Source: Pseudoalteromonas tetraodonis
GTDB taxonomy: Bacteria; Pseudomonadota; Gammaproteobacteria; Enterobacterales; Alteromonadaceae
Direction of reading: 5' to 3'
Length of the DNA stretch: 32,000 bases
Assembly: GCF_002310835.1 (NCBI RefSeq)
Contig: NZ_CP011042.1
Location: 390,001-422,000 of the forward strand
Position 1 is the first letter of the stretch; every line of letters begins with the position of its first letter. Made by a program: the position numbers and the translations under genes. This document shows, piece by piece, positions 9,143-19,522 of this stretch. The notes beneath the pieces were generated by a model. The model was not told the origin of the DNA, ran no database searches, and worked only from the letters and a program-made list of their open reading frames with translations.

Positions 9143-12100
9143 TCATATCAAATCAATAATTTTTTCGAAGCACTCCGGGCTCATTAAATCGTTAGCACTC
9201 ATAGGGCGAGCAAGGTAGTAACCTTGTAGCTGATGACAGCCAATATTTTTTAAAAATTCTAGCTGCTCCCGCGTCTCTACCCCTTCTGCAATACAATATA
9301 ACTCTAAGTTTTCAGCGAGTGAGTAAATCGTTTTAATAATAGATTCATCCCCTTTATCAATACCAATACTATTAACAAAGCTTTGATCTATTTTTATCAC
9401 ATTAATTGGAAATTGACTCAAATAAGTTAACGATGAATAGCCAGTGCCAAAATCATCAAGAAACAGTTTGAACCCAGCAGTCTGTAAGCTTTTTAGTTGC
9501 ATAGCTGCTTTGTATTTATCTTCTAATAGCGTGTTTTCTGTAATTTCTAAACGAAGTTGTTGTGGTTTTATCTGTGCTTTTTCTAGTATGGAGCTGAGCT
9601 GCTGCGTTATGTTGGCTTTTAAAATATGTTTTGGAGACAAATTTAACGATATGTAAAACAACGGGTTAATGTTCAAAAGTGGAGCAAGCTCAGTAATTGC
9701 ACGCTGTAATGCTTGCTCAGTTAGCATATCAATTAAGCCAGTCTCTTCAGCAATAGGTATAAATAAAGCGGGAGAAACCGGTTTGCCTTGGTTTTCCCAG
9801 CGCATGAGTAATTCAACCCCACTTATTGTTTTATCTAGTGTATTAACAATAGGTTGATAGTGATTAAAAAACAGATTGTCCCTAGCAGCATCTTTTAAGT
9901 CGTTTTCAAGAATAAGCTTTTGTTTAATTTGCTCATTCATTTTTTCATTAAAAAACTGAAATCCATTTCTGCCTGCTTGTTTAGCATGCATCATGGCAAT
10001 ATCTGCGTTACGTATGAGGGCATCGGTCGATGTTGCATCGTATGGGTACAATGCAATACCAATACTGGCTGATATATTAATAGCGAAGTCTTCAATAATA
10101 ACCTTGTTAGCCAGCTCTTTGCTCATTTCGTTGAGAGTGTGTTGTAAAGAGGCCATTGAGGTAACGTTTTCAACTAACACTAAAAATTCATCACCACTTT
10201 GGCGGCCAAATGTAGCGTCATCACCTAAGTATTGGCTCACTCGCTCGGTAATATTGCACAATAGTTTGTCACCCACTGCATGGCCAAAAGAGTCATTGAC
10301 GGGTTTAAATTTATCTAAATCTATAAATATAACAGCGCATTGCGAATCGTCTTTAGCGGCGCTTGTAATGGCATTTTCGATTTTTTGATTCATTAAACTA
10401 CGATTAGGTAAGCCCGTTAACGCATCGTAATTAGCAAGGTAGCGTAACTCATTTTCAGCGCGTTTCTGCTCTGTTAAATCGGTAATAACAATAACATAAT
10501 AACTGACTTTATCTTTTTCATTAGCAACGGCTGTGGCACTTAAATGAATAGGGTGTTTTTCAGCTTTTGTGGTCTTTACATAAGCATTTGTTCGCCAGTT
10601 TTCTTTTGGTTTAAGTGCTTTTAAAATTGTTGCAAACTCTCTACACTTAGCTTGACCAATGGCATTAATAAATAATTTTGAGGTAACAATCCCCTCTCTG
10701 CCTTCATCAGAAAACACATCCATAAAGCTGTTATTGGCTGAAAATGGCACGAGGTCTTCATCTAAAATAAGTAAAAAGTCATTTATTTGACTAAATGCTT
10801 CGCCTAATATTTTGGCTTGTTGTTCGTTTGCCAGCTGCTCGGTAATATTAGTAAAAATACCCGACACATAAAGAGGCTCTTTAGTGTCTTCATTATAAAT
10901 AGTTTGCCCCAAATCATGAAACCATAACCAGTGCCCATCTTTGTGCCGTAAACGATAAGTAGCTTGCCAATGTTTTTGCTTAGTTTGGTTTGTAAAAGTA
11001 TTCCATTTACTTTGTAGCCTGCGACGCTCATCAGGATGCATAATATTAAAAAAACTACTTATATCGATGCGTTCAGGTAAGTTCTCGTAGCCAAGCTCTG
11101 CGCCTCTATCTGTATTTACTGAGTTATCTGCAAAGCTATAGTTCCATACACCGCTTTTATTACTTTTTAGTGCCAGCTCAGTTTGTGTTTTAGAGTGCAC
11201 AGCGGCGCGGTGAGCTTGTTCAATTGCAATTTTACGGCTTCGGTATTGCCAGAAAAATAAAAACAAAATAACAACAATAGCAATAAAATATAAAGTATAT
11301 GCAATAGGAGACTGCCAAGGGGCGTAAGCTACACTAAATTTTAACTGTATGGGGTCACTTGTGATCACCCCATTTCGCTGTTGAGTAGACACAGACAAAA
11401 TATAATCACCAGGTTGTAATTTAGTAAAAAACACCTGGTTAGATTTTAAATCGTTGTAGCTCAAAGACGAAGGGCCTGTAAGCTCAACTTTGTAGTAGGT
11501 TTTATTAATATTTTTATAATCAAAATTTGAAAACCGAACCGTTAAGCCCATATCGTCGTGCTTAAGCATTAATGGATCAGTGCTGTATTTTGAAGGGGAG
11601 TAATTAAGGGCTTGTGAAAACAAACTAATATTAGTAATTGCTAAGTTATTATTGATTTTTCGCTGTTCATTATCAAATTGCTCTGGGTCAAACATTAGCA
11701 CGCCGCTACGGTTACCAAACGCTAACTCGTTGTTGTGTAACCTTAATGCTGCTAGTGCTGTAAAGTGATTGTTACTTAAGCCATCTTTTATTGTGTACGT
11801 GGTGATGTTAAGCGTATCTAAATTAAGTTGATAAAGACCGTTATCAGTACTTATCCATAAAAAGTCTTTATTATCTGCAATAAGTTTAAAAATAGAGTTA
11901 GTATTTAATGAGTTGTGTTTATCAAATACATGCACTTGCTGATATGTTTTAGCGTTTACTGCAATTAAGCCTTCTTGGGTGGTGGCTAACCACAGCAGCC
12001 CTCGCTTAGCATCGTAATAATAATTCTCTACTGTATGGTAAAGATTGTTTTTTGCTGTTTTAGATTTAAAAATAGTAATTAAAGTCGCTGTTTCTTCGTT

Positions 12101-13648
12101 GTATCGATAAAGTGTGTCAGAGGTACTTAACAGTAATTCGCCAGGGAAAGCCTCAGAGGGAGTATGAAACGTATATGCAAGCATAGGCGATACCTGCTCT
12201 TTTAGTCCATTAATAACTCGGTTTTCGCCTGTGTTACCATTAAATATATAAAAGTTATCATTGTTAATATAAGCAAAAGTATCGGGTGCAACTTGTGCAA
12301 TGCCGAACGTATAGTCGGTATTTAACTTGTACTGAGTAATGTATTTGTTTTTTTCAAATGTTGTTGTTTCTTTATTAAAGAGATCGAGCCCGGAAAAAGT
12401 TGCTAGCCATAGGTAGTTATCGCCTTTGCCATATGCAGGGAAAATATCACCTATAGCCGATAGGCCATAGACCGCTTTGCTATCTTTAGATTGTAGATAT
12501 AAGTCACTCTTTTGGGTTTCTAAGTTATACTGAACAAGCCCATCGTCAGTGCCTATCCACAGTAATTTACTATTATCTTGGTAAATAGTGTTTACAATAT
12601 TATTTTCAGGTAAGGTTATTTTTTTAAACTTTTTTGTTTGTGCTGCCCAAGTAAATATTCCATGTGTTCTAGAACCTAACCAAAGTAAGCCCGACTCATC
12701 AAACATAATATCGTTTATCGTGTTCTCTGTTACGTTGTAGTTACTATCTTTGAAGTTTAAAATAGGGCTAATGCTTGTGTTTTTTCTATCGAATTCAAAT
12801 AACCCACTTTCTGTGGCAATAAACTCACCATACGGTGTGTTTATATAATCCCAAATATTATAGTCACTTATCAAAGTTGTTAATGCTGAAGGGTTTATAT
12901 TTTTAATTTCATCAAAAGCAATCCGATACATTCCTTCAACCGTACCAATTAACAAACCGAGCTCATCATCTATGGATAAAAATTTAACATTGTTGCTATC
13001 ATTTGTAACTTCTTGAATGTCGTTAAGTGTTATTTGTTGTAGGTCGTTATTGGCAAAGTTATAAACATATAGCCCCTGATCGGCACCAATATACAATGTG
13101 TTTTGGTATAATGATAATGCTCTAATAAACATATTTTCATCGGGCAAAGATGAGATGAGTGTTAGATCTTTTGATGTTTTACCATATCGGTAGATGTGCG
13201 AATCAATAGAAAAATAAAAATGCGCCGGTTGTTCAGCAACAGCTTGAACAGGAGAGAACTTTTCTTGATTTTGGTTTAAGTGCCCTGAATATATTAGCTC
13301 TGCTTGCAAGGTATTAGGGTTAATCAAATAACTTCCAGCAAGTTGAGTATTAACCAGAATTTGGCCGTCAATTGCTTTATAAATACTATTAATGTAGTTA
13401 TTTTTTAAACCCAATTCGCTCTCGTAAGGCGTGACTTGGTATCCGTCGAATCGGTATAAACCTTCAGTTGTAGCAATCCATACATAGCCCATGTCATCTT
13501 GGAGTGATTTCACTATAAAGCTTTGCGACAATTGTTCGTTGTTAGTGACACGTTGTAATTGTTCTGAATAAGTTTGTGAAGCAAAACTATGCTGCGAGCA
13601 AACAAATATAAACATATAAACAATAAAGAAAAACTTACTCAAAAGCAC
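9143..13648 (-). CDS. Periplasmic propeller/Y_Y_Y sensor, TM, PAS, GGDEF(degenerate), EAL c-di-GMP protein
   Basis: 1501-aa ORF. It has a signal or TM segment at the N-terminus and repeated GLxxF/W beta-propeller-type repeats (two-component regulator propeller style). A TM segment (YFIAIVVILFLFFW) follows, then PAS regions. The GGDEF domain has SGDEF in place of GGDEF. The EAL domain has ELLMRW...EITE...DDFGTGYSS. Confidence 0.9.
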   Translation of the reverse strand: MLLSKFFFIVYMFIFVCSQHSFASQTYSEQLQRVTNNEQLSQSFIVKSLQDDMGYVWIATTEGLYRFDGYQVTPYESELGLKNNYINSIYKAIDGQILVNTQLAGSYLINPNTLQAELIYSGHLNQNQEKFSPVQAVAEQPAHFYFSIDSHIYRYGKTSKDLTLISSLPDENMFIRALSLYQNTLYIGADQGLYVYNFANNDLQQITLNDIQEVTNDSNNVKFLSIDDELGLLIGTVEGMYRIAFDEIKNINPSALTTLISDYNIWDYINTPYGEFIATESGLFEFDRKNTSISPILNFKDSNYNVTENTINDIMFDESGLLWLGSRTHGIFTWAAQTKKFKKITLPENNIVNTIYQDNSKLLWIGTDDGLVQYNLETQKSDLYLQSKDSKAVYGLSAIGDIFPAYGKGDNYLWLATFSGLDLFNKETTTFEKNKYITQYKLNTDYTFGIAQVAPDTFAYINNDNFYIFNGNTGENRVINGLKEQVSPMLAYTFHTPSEAFPGELLLSTSDTLYRYNEETATLITIFKSKTAKNNLYHTVENYYYDAKRGLLWLATTQEGLIAVNAKTYQQVHVFDKHNSLNTNSIFKLIADNKDFLWISTDNGLYQLNLDTLNITTYTIKDGLSNNHFTALAALRLHNNELAFGNRSGVLMFDPEQFDNEQRKINNNLAITNISLFSQALNYSPSKYSTDPLMLKHDDMGLTVRFSNFDYKNINKTYYKVELTGPSSLSYNDLKSNQVFFTKLQPGDYILSVSTQQRNGVITSDPIQLKFSVAYAPWQSPIAYTLYFIAIVVILFLFFWQYRSRKIAIEQAHRAAVHSKTQTELALKSNKSGVWNYSFADNSVNTDRGAELGYENLPERIDISSFFNIMHPDERRRLQSKWNTFTNQTKQKHWQATYRLRHKDGHWLWFHDLGQTIYNEDTKEPLYVSGIFTNITEQLANEQQAKILGEAFSQINDFLLILDEDLVPFSANNSFMDVFSDEGREGIVTSKLFINAIGQAKCREFATILKALKPKENWRTNAYVKTTKAEKHPIHLSATAVANEKDKVSYYVIVITDLTEQKRAENELRYLANYDALTGLPNRSLMNQKIENAITSAAKDDSQCAVIFIDLDKFKPVNDSFGHAVGDKLLCNITERVSQYLGDDATFGRQSGDEFLVLVENVTSMASLQHTLNEMSKELANKVIIEDFAINISASIGIALYPYDATSTDALIRNADIAMMHAKQAGRNGFQFFNEKMNEQIKQKLILENDLKDAARDNLFFNHYQPIVNTLDKTISGVELLMRWENQGKPVSPALFIPIAEETGLIDMLTEQALQRAITELAPLLNINPLFYISLNLSPKHILKANITQQLSSILEKAQIKPQQLRLEITENTLLEDKYKAAMQLKSLQTAGFKLFLDDFGTGYSSLTYLSQFPINVIKIDQSFVNSIGIDKGDESIIKTIYSLAENLELYCIAEGVETREQLEFLKNIGCHQLQGYYLARPMSANDLMSPECFEKIIDLI

Positions 13649-13801
13649 TTACCCTTACAACGAACAAGGTTGATATTAAATGTTGGCGTAATATAACATG
13701 AGTTTAATCCAAAAATTACAAAAAGCATTAAATGTAAACTGTTTGTTGTTTTTTTTGTTGTTTTTTACAAGGTTAATCTAGTTATAACGTAAGGACATAG
13801 T

Positions 13802-14356
13802 ATGAATTACGCAGGAAATATTAGAGCAGAGCACAGTATACTTTTAGTTATCGACTTACAAAGTAAGTTAGCACCAGCGATTGCTTCGTTTAATGGCACG
13901 CTAGATTGTGCTCTGCAGTTAGCAAAAGCAAGTGCTATTCATCAAATTCCTTCAATAATTACAGAACATTATAAAAAAGGACTAGGTGAAAGTGATAAGA
14001 AAATAAAATCTGTGTTACCTAATGCTCGCTATTTTGAAAAAATTAACTTTAGTGCCTGTGCACAAGAGGGGTTTTTAGATACTCTTGCGCAATTAAATCG
14101 CCCACATATAGTTGTAATTGGCACTGAAGCGCACGTTTGTGTGTTACAAACATGCTTAGATTTATTACAGCAGGGGTATGCGGTCACTGTGGCAGCTGAT
14201 GCAGTAGCATCAAGAAACACAGAGCACAAAGCTATTGCACTAGAACAGCTTCGTCAAGCCGGTGCTATAGTCTCTTGTGTAGAGACCATCATATTTCAAT
14301 GGACAACAAAAGCAGGGACGTCTACCTTTAAACAAATACTACCAATTGTTAAGTAG
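13802..14356 (+). CDS. Isochorismatase-family hydrolase (second copy, distant paralog)
   Basis: LLVIDLQ (Asp), FEKINFSA (Lys), GTEAHVCVLQT (Cys). Confidence 0.8.
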   Translation: MNYAGNIRAEHSILLVIDLQSKLAPAIASFNGTLDCALQLAKASAIHQIPSIITEHYKKGLGESDKKIKSVLPNARYFEKINFSACAQEGFLDTLAQLNRPHIVVIGTEAHVCVLQTCLDLLQQGYAVTVAADAVASRNTEHKAIALEQLRQAGAIVSCVETIIFQWTTKAGTSTFKQILPIVK

Positions 14357-14486
14357 CGCATTAAAAACGGTTTTAAATCAAATAACTTGTACTTTGTTTG
14401 ATTTGAAATAATAAATAGCTAGCTGTTTTGAGTTTAAATATCAGCTGAACGTGTTTAAATTAGAACACAATTAATTTAAGGTTTTT

Positions 14487-15953
14487 ATGTCTAGTGTAAG
14501 TCGGTTATTCACAATTATTTTTAGTCTTTTGTTTATTGAGTCTATAGGTATTGGTCTTTATTTTGGCACCCTGACAGAAGCATTTCTTGTCGGCTTACCG
14601 TTATGTTTGCTCCCCATTTGGCTTTTAAAAACCCAACCCGATAGCAAAATGACACCGCATGTTGTTGCGGCTGCAATTATGATGTTTTCATTTTTACATA
14701 TTCAACAAGCCTATGGCCTTATCGAAGTGCATTTCGAAATATTCATTTTCTTAGCCATGCTAATAATGTTCATAGAGTGGCGAGTGTTTATTACCGCTAT
14801 TGTGTTTGTAGCTATACACCATTTATCTTTTTACTATTTGCAAACACAAAATACTGGTTTTTACGTATTTGATCCAGACCGACTCGCCTTTTCAACAGTG
14901 CTTATTCACGCAGCGTATGCCATTGTGGAAGCGCTTGTAGCTGGTTTTATTGCCGTAACATTAAATCGCGAACGCCGTGCGGGTCTATCGTTAAGTTATG
15001 CCACAGAGCAAATAATGCAAGATCCAAATCAAGTTAAGCTTTCTATGCGAGCAGATGACACAACAAGCAAAGCGGTAGTTGGTTTTAATACTTTGCTTGA
15101 GTACTTATCAGATGTGATTAAGCAAGTTCAAGTTCAGTCTGACTCTTTAAAAAATAACTCTAAAGAGCTTATTCATGTTCATGATGAGTTAGCCAATAGC
15201 GCGCAGCAACGAAACGCGCAAACAGATGATATTGCTAATTCAGGCGCACAAGTTGCGCATGGTTTTAAGTTAGTTGAACAAGAAAGTGATACTTTAAAAC
15301 AACAAGTTAATAGCATTACTGAATCAGCCAATGTTGCGCTGGAAGAAGTATTACAAACCGACAGAAAAAGCACCGAGCTACTCACCTTGTTAACAAACAC
15401 TGAAGAGCAGTTAAGCCATTTAGTGGCCGCTGGGGATGTTATTACTAGTTTACTCAATGAAATTTCAGGCATAGCCGACCAAACTAATTTATTAGCCCTT
15501 AATGCTGCAATAGAGGCCGCACGAGCGGGTGAGCATGGCCGAGGGTTTGCTGTTGTTGCCGATGAAGTACGCTCGCTTGCAAATAGCAGCCAAGCAACAA
15601 CAACCAAAATAGCGTCTACGCTTACTGATCTGGTAAATAATAGTCGCACGTCAACTCAGTCGATGAATCAATGTGTGGAATTTGTGGTTGATTTAACAAA
15701 AATAAGCGCAACGATGAAAGAGAATATTTCGTCAATGAGTGATCAAATTCAAGCGGTATCTGCCAGCACTAACTCAGTAGCTCAAGTGGTTGCCGAACAG
15801 GCTGGAAATACAGAGCAAATAGCAATGAGTACAGATCAAATGCGCCAAAATCAGTATCAAGAGACTAAAATAGTTGAGCAGTTAACGGCTAAAGTGCAGC
15901 TGATAGACGTAAGTATTGATGTATTAGAGCAAAGTATTGCAAAATTTAAGTAA
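14487..15953 (+). CDS. Methyl-accepting chemotaxis protein with a polytopic (about 6 TM) His-rich membrane sensor
   Basis: The C-terminal signalling domain has the invariant hairpin [36 protein letters not shown]. The first ~160 aa are six hydrophobic segments with no periplasmic ligand-binding domain. Confidence 0.9.
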   Translation: MSSVSRLFTIIFSLLFIESIGIGLYFGTLTEAFLVGLPLCLLPIWLLKTQPDSKMTPHVVAAAIMMFSFLHIQQAYGLIEVHFEIFIFLAMLIMFIEWRVFITAIVFVAIHHLSFYYLQTQNTGFYVFDPDRLAFSTVLIHAAYAIVEALVAGFIAVTLNRERRAGLSLSYATEQIMQDPNQVKLSMRADDTTSKAVVGFNTLLEYLSDVIKQVQVQSDSLKNNSKELIHVHDELANSAQQRNAQTDDIANSGAQVAHGFKLVEQESDTLKQQVNSITESANVALEEVLQTDRKSTELLTLLTNTEEQLSHLVAAGDVITSLLNEISGIADQTNLLALNAAIEAARAGEHGRGFAVVADEVRSLANSSQATTTKIASTLTDLVNNSRTSTQSMNQCVEFVVDLTKISATMKENISSMSDQIQAVSASTNSVAQVVAEQAGNTEQIAMSTDQMRQNQYQETKIVEQLTAKVQLIDVSIDVLEQSIAKFK

Positions 15954-16461
15954 GTCTCGTTATTTCACCATTAGCTTAATTTGTATATGGCTTGCTTTTG
16001 TTGTGTCGGCACTTGTTTACTTTCAGCTAGGGCAGCTAAAGCCCTTTGATGAGGGTAATATGCTTAAACAACAAAACTGGTTTTCGCAATTTAAAAACCA
16101 AGTACTGTGGCAAAACAAAGACAGTGCTCAACTTGTGATTATTACGCAAGAAAATTGCGGCTGTACAATTCAAGCACAGCCTCATTTATCAGCCCTGCAA
16201 CGCTTTGCTACAAACCAAGGCGTTGAAGTGCAAAATTTTGTATTAAATAATGAGTTAAAGTCAGTGATCCCTGCCACACCTGCCGCCGTTTTAATTGATA
16301 AAAATGGTGAGTTTGTTTATGCAGGGCCTTTATCTGAAGGGCTGGCATGCTCTCAAGGTAGTGGCTTTGTGGAAACCGTTATTAGTAATTTACAGGCCGG
16401 ATTTAACTCATCATTATTAATAGCGGATACAAAAGGCTGCTATTGTGTAAATAACGCCTAA
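15937..16461 (+). CDS. Membrane-anchored thioredoxin-fold-like protein with CxC motifs (uncharacterised family)
   Basis: The frame opens at 15928. The only start upstream of the N-terminal TM helix ([21 protein letters not shown]) is TTG at 15937, which overlaps the MCP stop (15951-15953). Motifs: [28 protein letters not shown]. Confidence 0.6.
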   Translation: MQNLSKSRYFTISLICIWLAFVVSALVYFQLGQLKPFDEGNMLKQQNWFSQFKNQVLWQNKDSAQLVIITQENCGCTIQAQPHLSALQRFATNQGVEVQNFVLNNELKSVIPATPAAVLIDKNGEFVYAGPLSEGLACSQGSGFVETVISNLQAGFNSSLLIADTKGCYCVNNA

Positions 16462-16478
16462 ATCATATACCCTTATAT

Positions 16479-16525
16479 AAAAAGCGCTTACAACTAACTT
16501 GTATAAAAGTAGGCAAGCGCTTTTT
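16479..16525. terminator. Bidirectional terminator-like hairpin
   Basis: AAAAAGCGCTT (16479-16489) pairs with AAGCGCTTTTT (16515-16525). The 25-nt loop contains a small inner stem. It lies between convergent genes. Confidence 0.5.
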
Positions 16526-16567
16526 ATTGTTTAACGATTAAAGAGTGATTTAAACGTTATTTAATCA

Positions 16568-17125
16568 TTATATAGTCACTAAACCATAAATACCCAACAG
16601 TACAAAAACACTGGCTGCTATCGCTCTTACGGTATTTAATGGAATTCTTTTTAGTAACGCCTTACCGGCATAAATAACAGGGACATTGGCAATTAACATG
16701 CCTACTGTAGTACCCAGCGTAACCCAAAGTACTGATTGATATTGTGCACCGAGCAACACGGTTGCAATTTGTGTTTTGTCCCCAATTTCAGCAATAAAAA
16801 ATAAGATTAAGGCCACTAAAAATGCACCATAGCGGTCGTATTTATGGCTCACTTCTTCATCTTTATCTGGAATAAGTAACCACAGCCCTACCACAATAAA
16901 GCTTATATTGACTATCCAAGGTAAGTATTCGACGGCAAAGTTCCCGCTTAGCCAATCACCAAACCATGCAGATAAACCATGATTAATAATAGTAGCAACG
17001 AGAATGCCTAAAATAAGTGCAATTTTATTTTGAAAGCGAGCAGCTAATAGTAAAGATAAAAGCTGGGTTTTATCGCCTATTTCAGCAAGGGCAACAGTGA
17101 CGGTAGAGGTTAAAAAAATATCCAT
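16568..17125 (-). CDS. UPF0016 / GDT1 (TMEM165) family cation (Mn2+/Ca2+) transporter, MneA-like
   Basis: Two internal repeats each carry the family signature E-x-G-D-K-T (LAEIGDKTQL and IAEIGDKTQI). Six TM segments. Confidence 0.85.
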   Translation of the reverse strand: MDIFLTSTVTVALAEIGDKTQLLSLLLAARFQNKIALILGILVATIINHGLSAWFGDWLSGNFAVEYLPWIVNISFIVVGLWLLIPDKDEEVSHKYDRYGAFLVALILFFIAEIGDKTQIATVLLGAQYQSVLWVTLGTTVGMLIANVPVIYAGKALLKRIPLNTVRAIAASVFVLLGIYGLVTI

Positions 17126-17195
17126 TAATATAATCTTCAGGCGGGAATACTAAACCAAGGCAAACAGCTATCTCCCGCCATGAGGATAGTGTCTA

Positions 17196-17303
17196 CCTAG
17201 GTCTCGCCGATAACGCTTGCTACAACATTACAAACTTACCATGCACATGAGGTGCAATTATGTTGATAAGTTTACTCATTACTGAGCGGGCTACTCCCCT
17301 AAG
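17196..17303 (-). promoter_or_regulatory. yybP-ykoY (Mn2+) riboswitch aptamer in the leader of the UPF0016 exporter
   Basis: The minus strand reads CUUAGG-GGAGUAGC-C-CGCUCA-GUAA-UGAG...AAACUUA..GCAC-CUCAU-GUGC..UAAGUUU...GGCGAGACCUAGG. The conserved GGGGAGUAGC and G(C/G)GAGACC boxes are present. P1 is CUUAGG/CCUAGG. There is a GNRA-capped hairpin and a long second arm, the same architecture as the L. lactis and E. coli mntP aptamers as recalled from memory. Confidence 0.8.
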
Positions 17304-17312
17304 AGGGCAGCA

Positions 17313-17341
17313 ATTATTCCACAAAGTTTAAAGCAGGTAAA
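17313..17341 (-). promoter_or_regulatory. Candidate sigma70 promoter for the riboswitch/exporter transcript
   Basis: On the minus strand: TTTACC, 17 nt, AATAAT, ending about 10 nt upstream of the P1 stem. Confidence 0.4.
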
Positions 17342-17489
17342 TATATGCGGGTAACTTTTAAATTTAAAAGGTGGCTTTGTGGCGTTAGTGCACAAATAAA
17401 CTTGCTTTTGGCTATCAAGTTAGCTGTAATAATAAACAGAAGGAAGTTGAACAATTTGAAATTATATGCACGTGTAAAGGAATTTAAAT

Positions 17490-17801
17490 ATGCAATCAAC
17501 AGTCGTTAAATCAACAATGGCAACCATTCAAAATGGAGTTATGAAAGCGGACGGAAAGTTTTGGATTACGCAAACTGACTTAAATTTTGAACCTTTTAAT
17601 GAAAAATTAGGGTTAGAACCATATACAATTGCCCGTGATACAATTTTAAAAGTGGTTGAATGTAAAGGCAAAGGCGCAGGCCTTGTTCCAATAACAGCTG
17701 ATGCGATAGAGGTTTTCACGCAAGATGGCAGCTCGTATCAGTTTATACTCTCAAACCCCAGTGATTGGATAAATATATTGTCAAATCAAACTAGTGCTTA
17801 A
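17490..17801 (+). CDS. Small PH/GRAM-like domain protein (copy 1)
   Basis: The pattern ...GVMKADGKFWITQTDLNFEP......YTIARDTILKV... is typical of bacterial PH/GRAM-like domains. The family assignment is tentative. About half the residues are identical to the 25824..26123 product. Confidence 0.6.
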   Translation: MQSTVVKSTMATIQNGVMKADGKFWITQTDLNFEPFNEKLGLEPYTIARDTILKVVECKGKGAGLVPITADAIEVFTQDGSSYQFILSNPSDWINILSNQTSA

Positions 17802-17896
17802 AGTAACAAGAATGCCATCAATTAATAATTTTAAATGATGGCAAATAAGGCTTTCATTTAAGGTATAACTCCTAACATGCGGCAAAATGAAAGTAC

Positions 17897-19522
17897 CTAA
17901 ACTTTAAATACATTAACTTGCCCTTGTAGCATTGCCGCAAGCTGTGCAAGTTCTTGCGATGCCTGTGCATTTTGCTGTGAGCTTTCGCTAACCGACGTGA
18001 TACTCGCGCTAAACTCATTAATATTACTGCTTAGCTCATTTGCGACCATTTTTTGCTCCTGTGTTGCGGTTGATATTTGAGTATTCATATCTGCAATTTC
18101 AGTAACTTCACGGTTAATTTCGCTGAGCACCTGCGAAGAATAATTAGCATGGTCAACACTCTCTTTAGCGCTGCTTTCTGCGTTACCCATGGCATTAACA
18201 GCTTGCTGAGCCATGCCTTGTAGTTTAGTGATCATTTCATTAATACTAGCGGTTGCCTTTTGAGTATTGTGGGCAAGTTGCCTTACCTCATCGGCTACAA
18301 CGGCAAAACCACGACCAGAATCGCCAGCTCTTGCTGCTTCAATAGCTGCATTTAAAGCTAACAAGTTAGTTTGCTCAGCAACGCTTTGAATCATCATAAC
18401 AACTTGGTTTATATCATTGGTTTGTGTGTTTAGATCTGTGATGAGCTGCGTATTTGTATTAACTAAAGCTGAGAGCGTATTTATTGACTCTATATTATCA
18501 GCAACAGCTTGTTGCCCTTGGCCTGCCTTAATGTCGGCACTTGTTGCCTTGTCGGAGGTTGTTTGCGCGTTTTGAGCAACTTGTTCTATTGCACTGCTCA
18601 TTTGAGTAATTGCAGTTGCAATCATAGCCGATTGTTGCTCTTGCTGCGTTGCTGTACTGGCAACCTGAATACTAATAGAGTTCATTTCTTCAGCTGCAGA
18701 GGCAAGTGTCAGTGTTGCGCCTGCCATATCTTTTACTAAACCTTGGATCCGAAGTAGCATATCATTAAAGTTAGATGCGGTATCTGCAATCTCATCTTTG
18801 CCCTGAACCTCAGCACGAGCTGTTAAATCAGCATTGGTCGCAATGTGCGTTATGGTATCGCGTAATGACATTAATGGATTTTGTATCGAAGAATAAATAA
18901 AGTAAGCAACAATCAGTAACAGTAAAATCAATATCGCGATTGTCACACTCATTATCAATTTTATAAATTGATAATTCTCATCAGCTTTAACTTTAAAATC
19001 ACTTGCTTCTTTAAGCTGTAAATCAATTAAAGCTTGGTAGCTGGCACTCAGCGGATCAAATAATTGGTAAAGCTCATAAACAAATTGCTTTTGTGGGATT
19101 AATAAAAACTCACCACTATTAATGCTTAAAATTAAATTATTTAAGTGCGTAAGCACGGGCTGTAGTTTGCTTTCAACGTTATCTACTAAGCGCTTTTCTT
19201 CAGCTGTTAGCTGTGTGCTCAGGTAGGCTTTCCATTCATTATCAGCCGTATTTCTAGCATCATTAATATTCGCTAAAAGCGCTGATTTGGTAATAGACTC
19301 AGCACGATACTTGTGAAGTAAGTCAACAATATTTACAGCGTAATTATCTGACACATGTTTAATTTGCTTAAGTGGTACGACACGGTCGTCGTATAAACTA
19401 TCAATCCCTGCTACTAACCTTCCCATTGTGTTTATTGAAAAAAACGATGTAATTAAAAAAATCATAATTGGTAGCAATGCAAGCACGGCTAAACGGGTAC
19501 GCACAGAATAATTGTTTAACAT
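17897..19522 (-). CDS. Methyl-accepting chemotaxis protein (periplasmic helical sensor, HAMP, MA domain)
   Basis: Two TM segments flank a periplasmic domain of about 170 aa. Signalling hairpin [36 protein letters not shown]. Confidence 0.9.
   Translation of the reverse strand: MLNNYSVRTRLAVLALLPIMIFLITSFFSINTMGRLVAGIDSLYDDRVVPLKQIKHVSDNYAVNIVDLLHKYRAESITKSALLANINDARNTADNEWKAYLSTQLTAEEKRLVDNVESKLQPVLTHLNNLILSINSGEFLLIPQKQFVYELYQLFDPLSASYQALIDLQLKEASDFKVKADENYQFIKLIMSVTIAILILLLLIVAYFIYSSIQNPLMSLRDTITHIATNADLTARAEVQGKDEIADTASNFNDMLLRIQGLVKDMAGATLTLASAAEEMNSISIQVASTATQQEQQSAMIATAITQMSSAIEQVAQNAQTTSDKATSADIKAGQGQQAVADNIESINTLSALVNTNTQLITDLNTQTNDINQVVMMIQSVAEQTNLLALNAAIEAARAGDSGRGFAVVADEVRQLAHNTQKATASINEMITKLQGMAQQAVNAMGNAESSAKESVDHANYSSQVLSEINREVTEIADMNTQISTATQEQKMVANELSSNINEFSASITSVSESSQQNAQASQELAQLAAMLQGQVNVFKV

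Noticed and set aside
13743-13766. Tandem duplication of the 12-mer TTGTTGTTTTTT upstream of the second hydrolase gene.
   Set aside because: It is low-complexity T-rich promoter DNA with only two copies. It is most likely replication slippage with no evident function.
17314-17499. 61-aa ORF on the minus strand between the riboswitch and the PH-like gene.
   Set aside because: It covers the divergent promoter region, including the candidate promoter of the riboswitch transcript. It has no RBS and a low-complexity, AT-driven composition.
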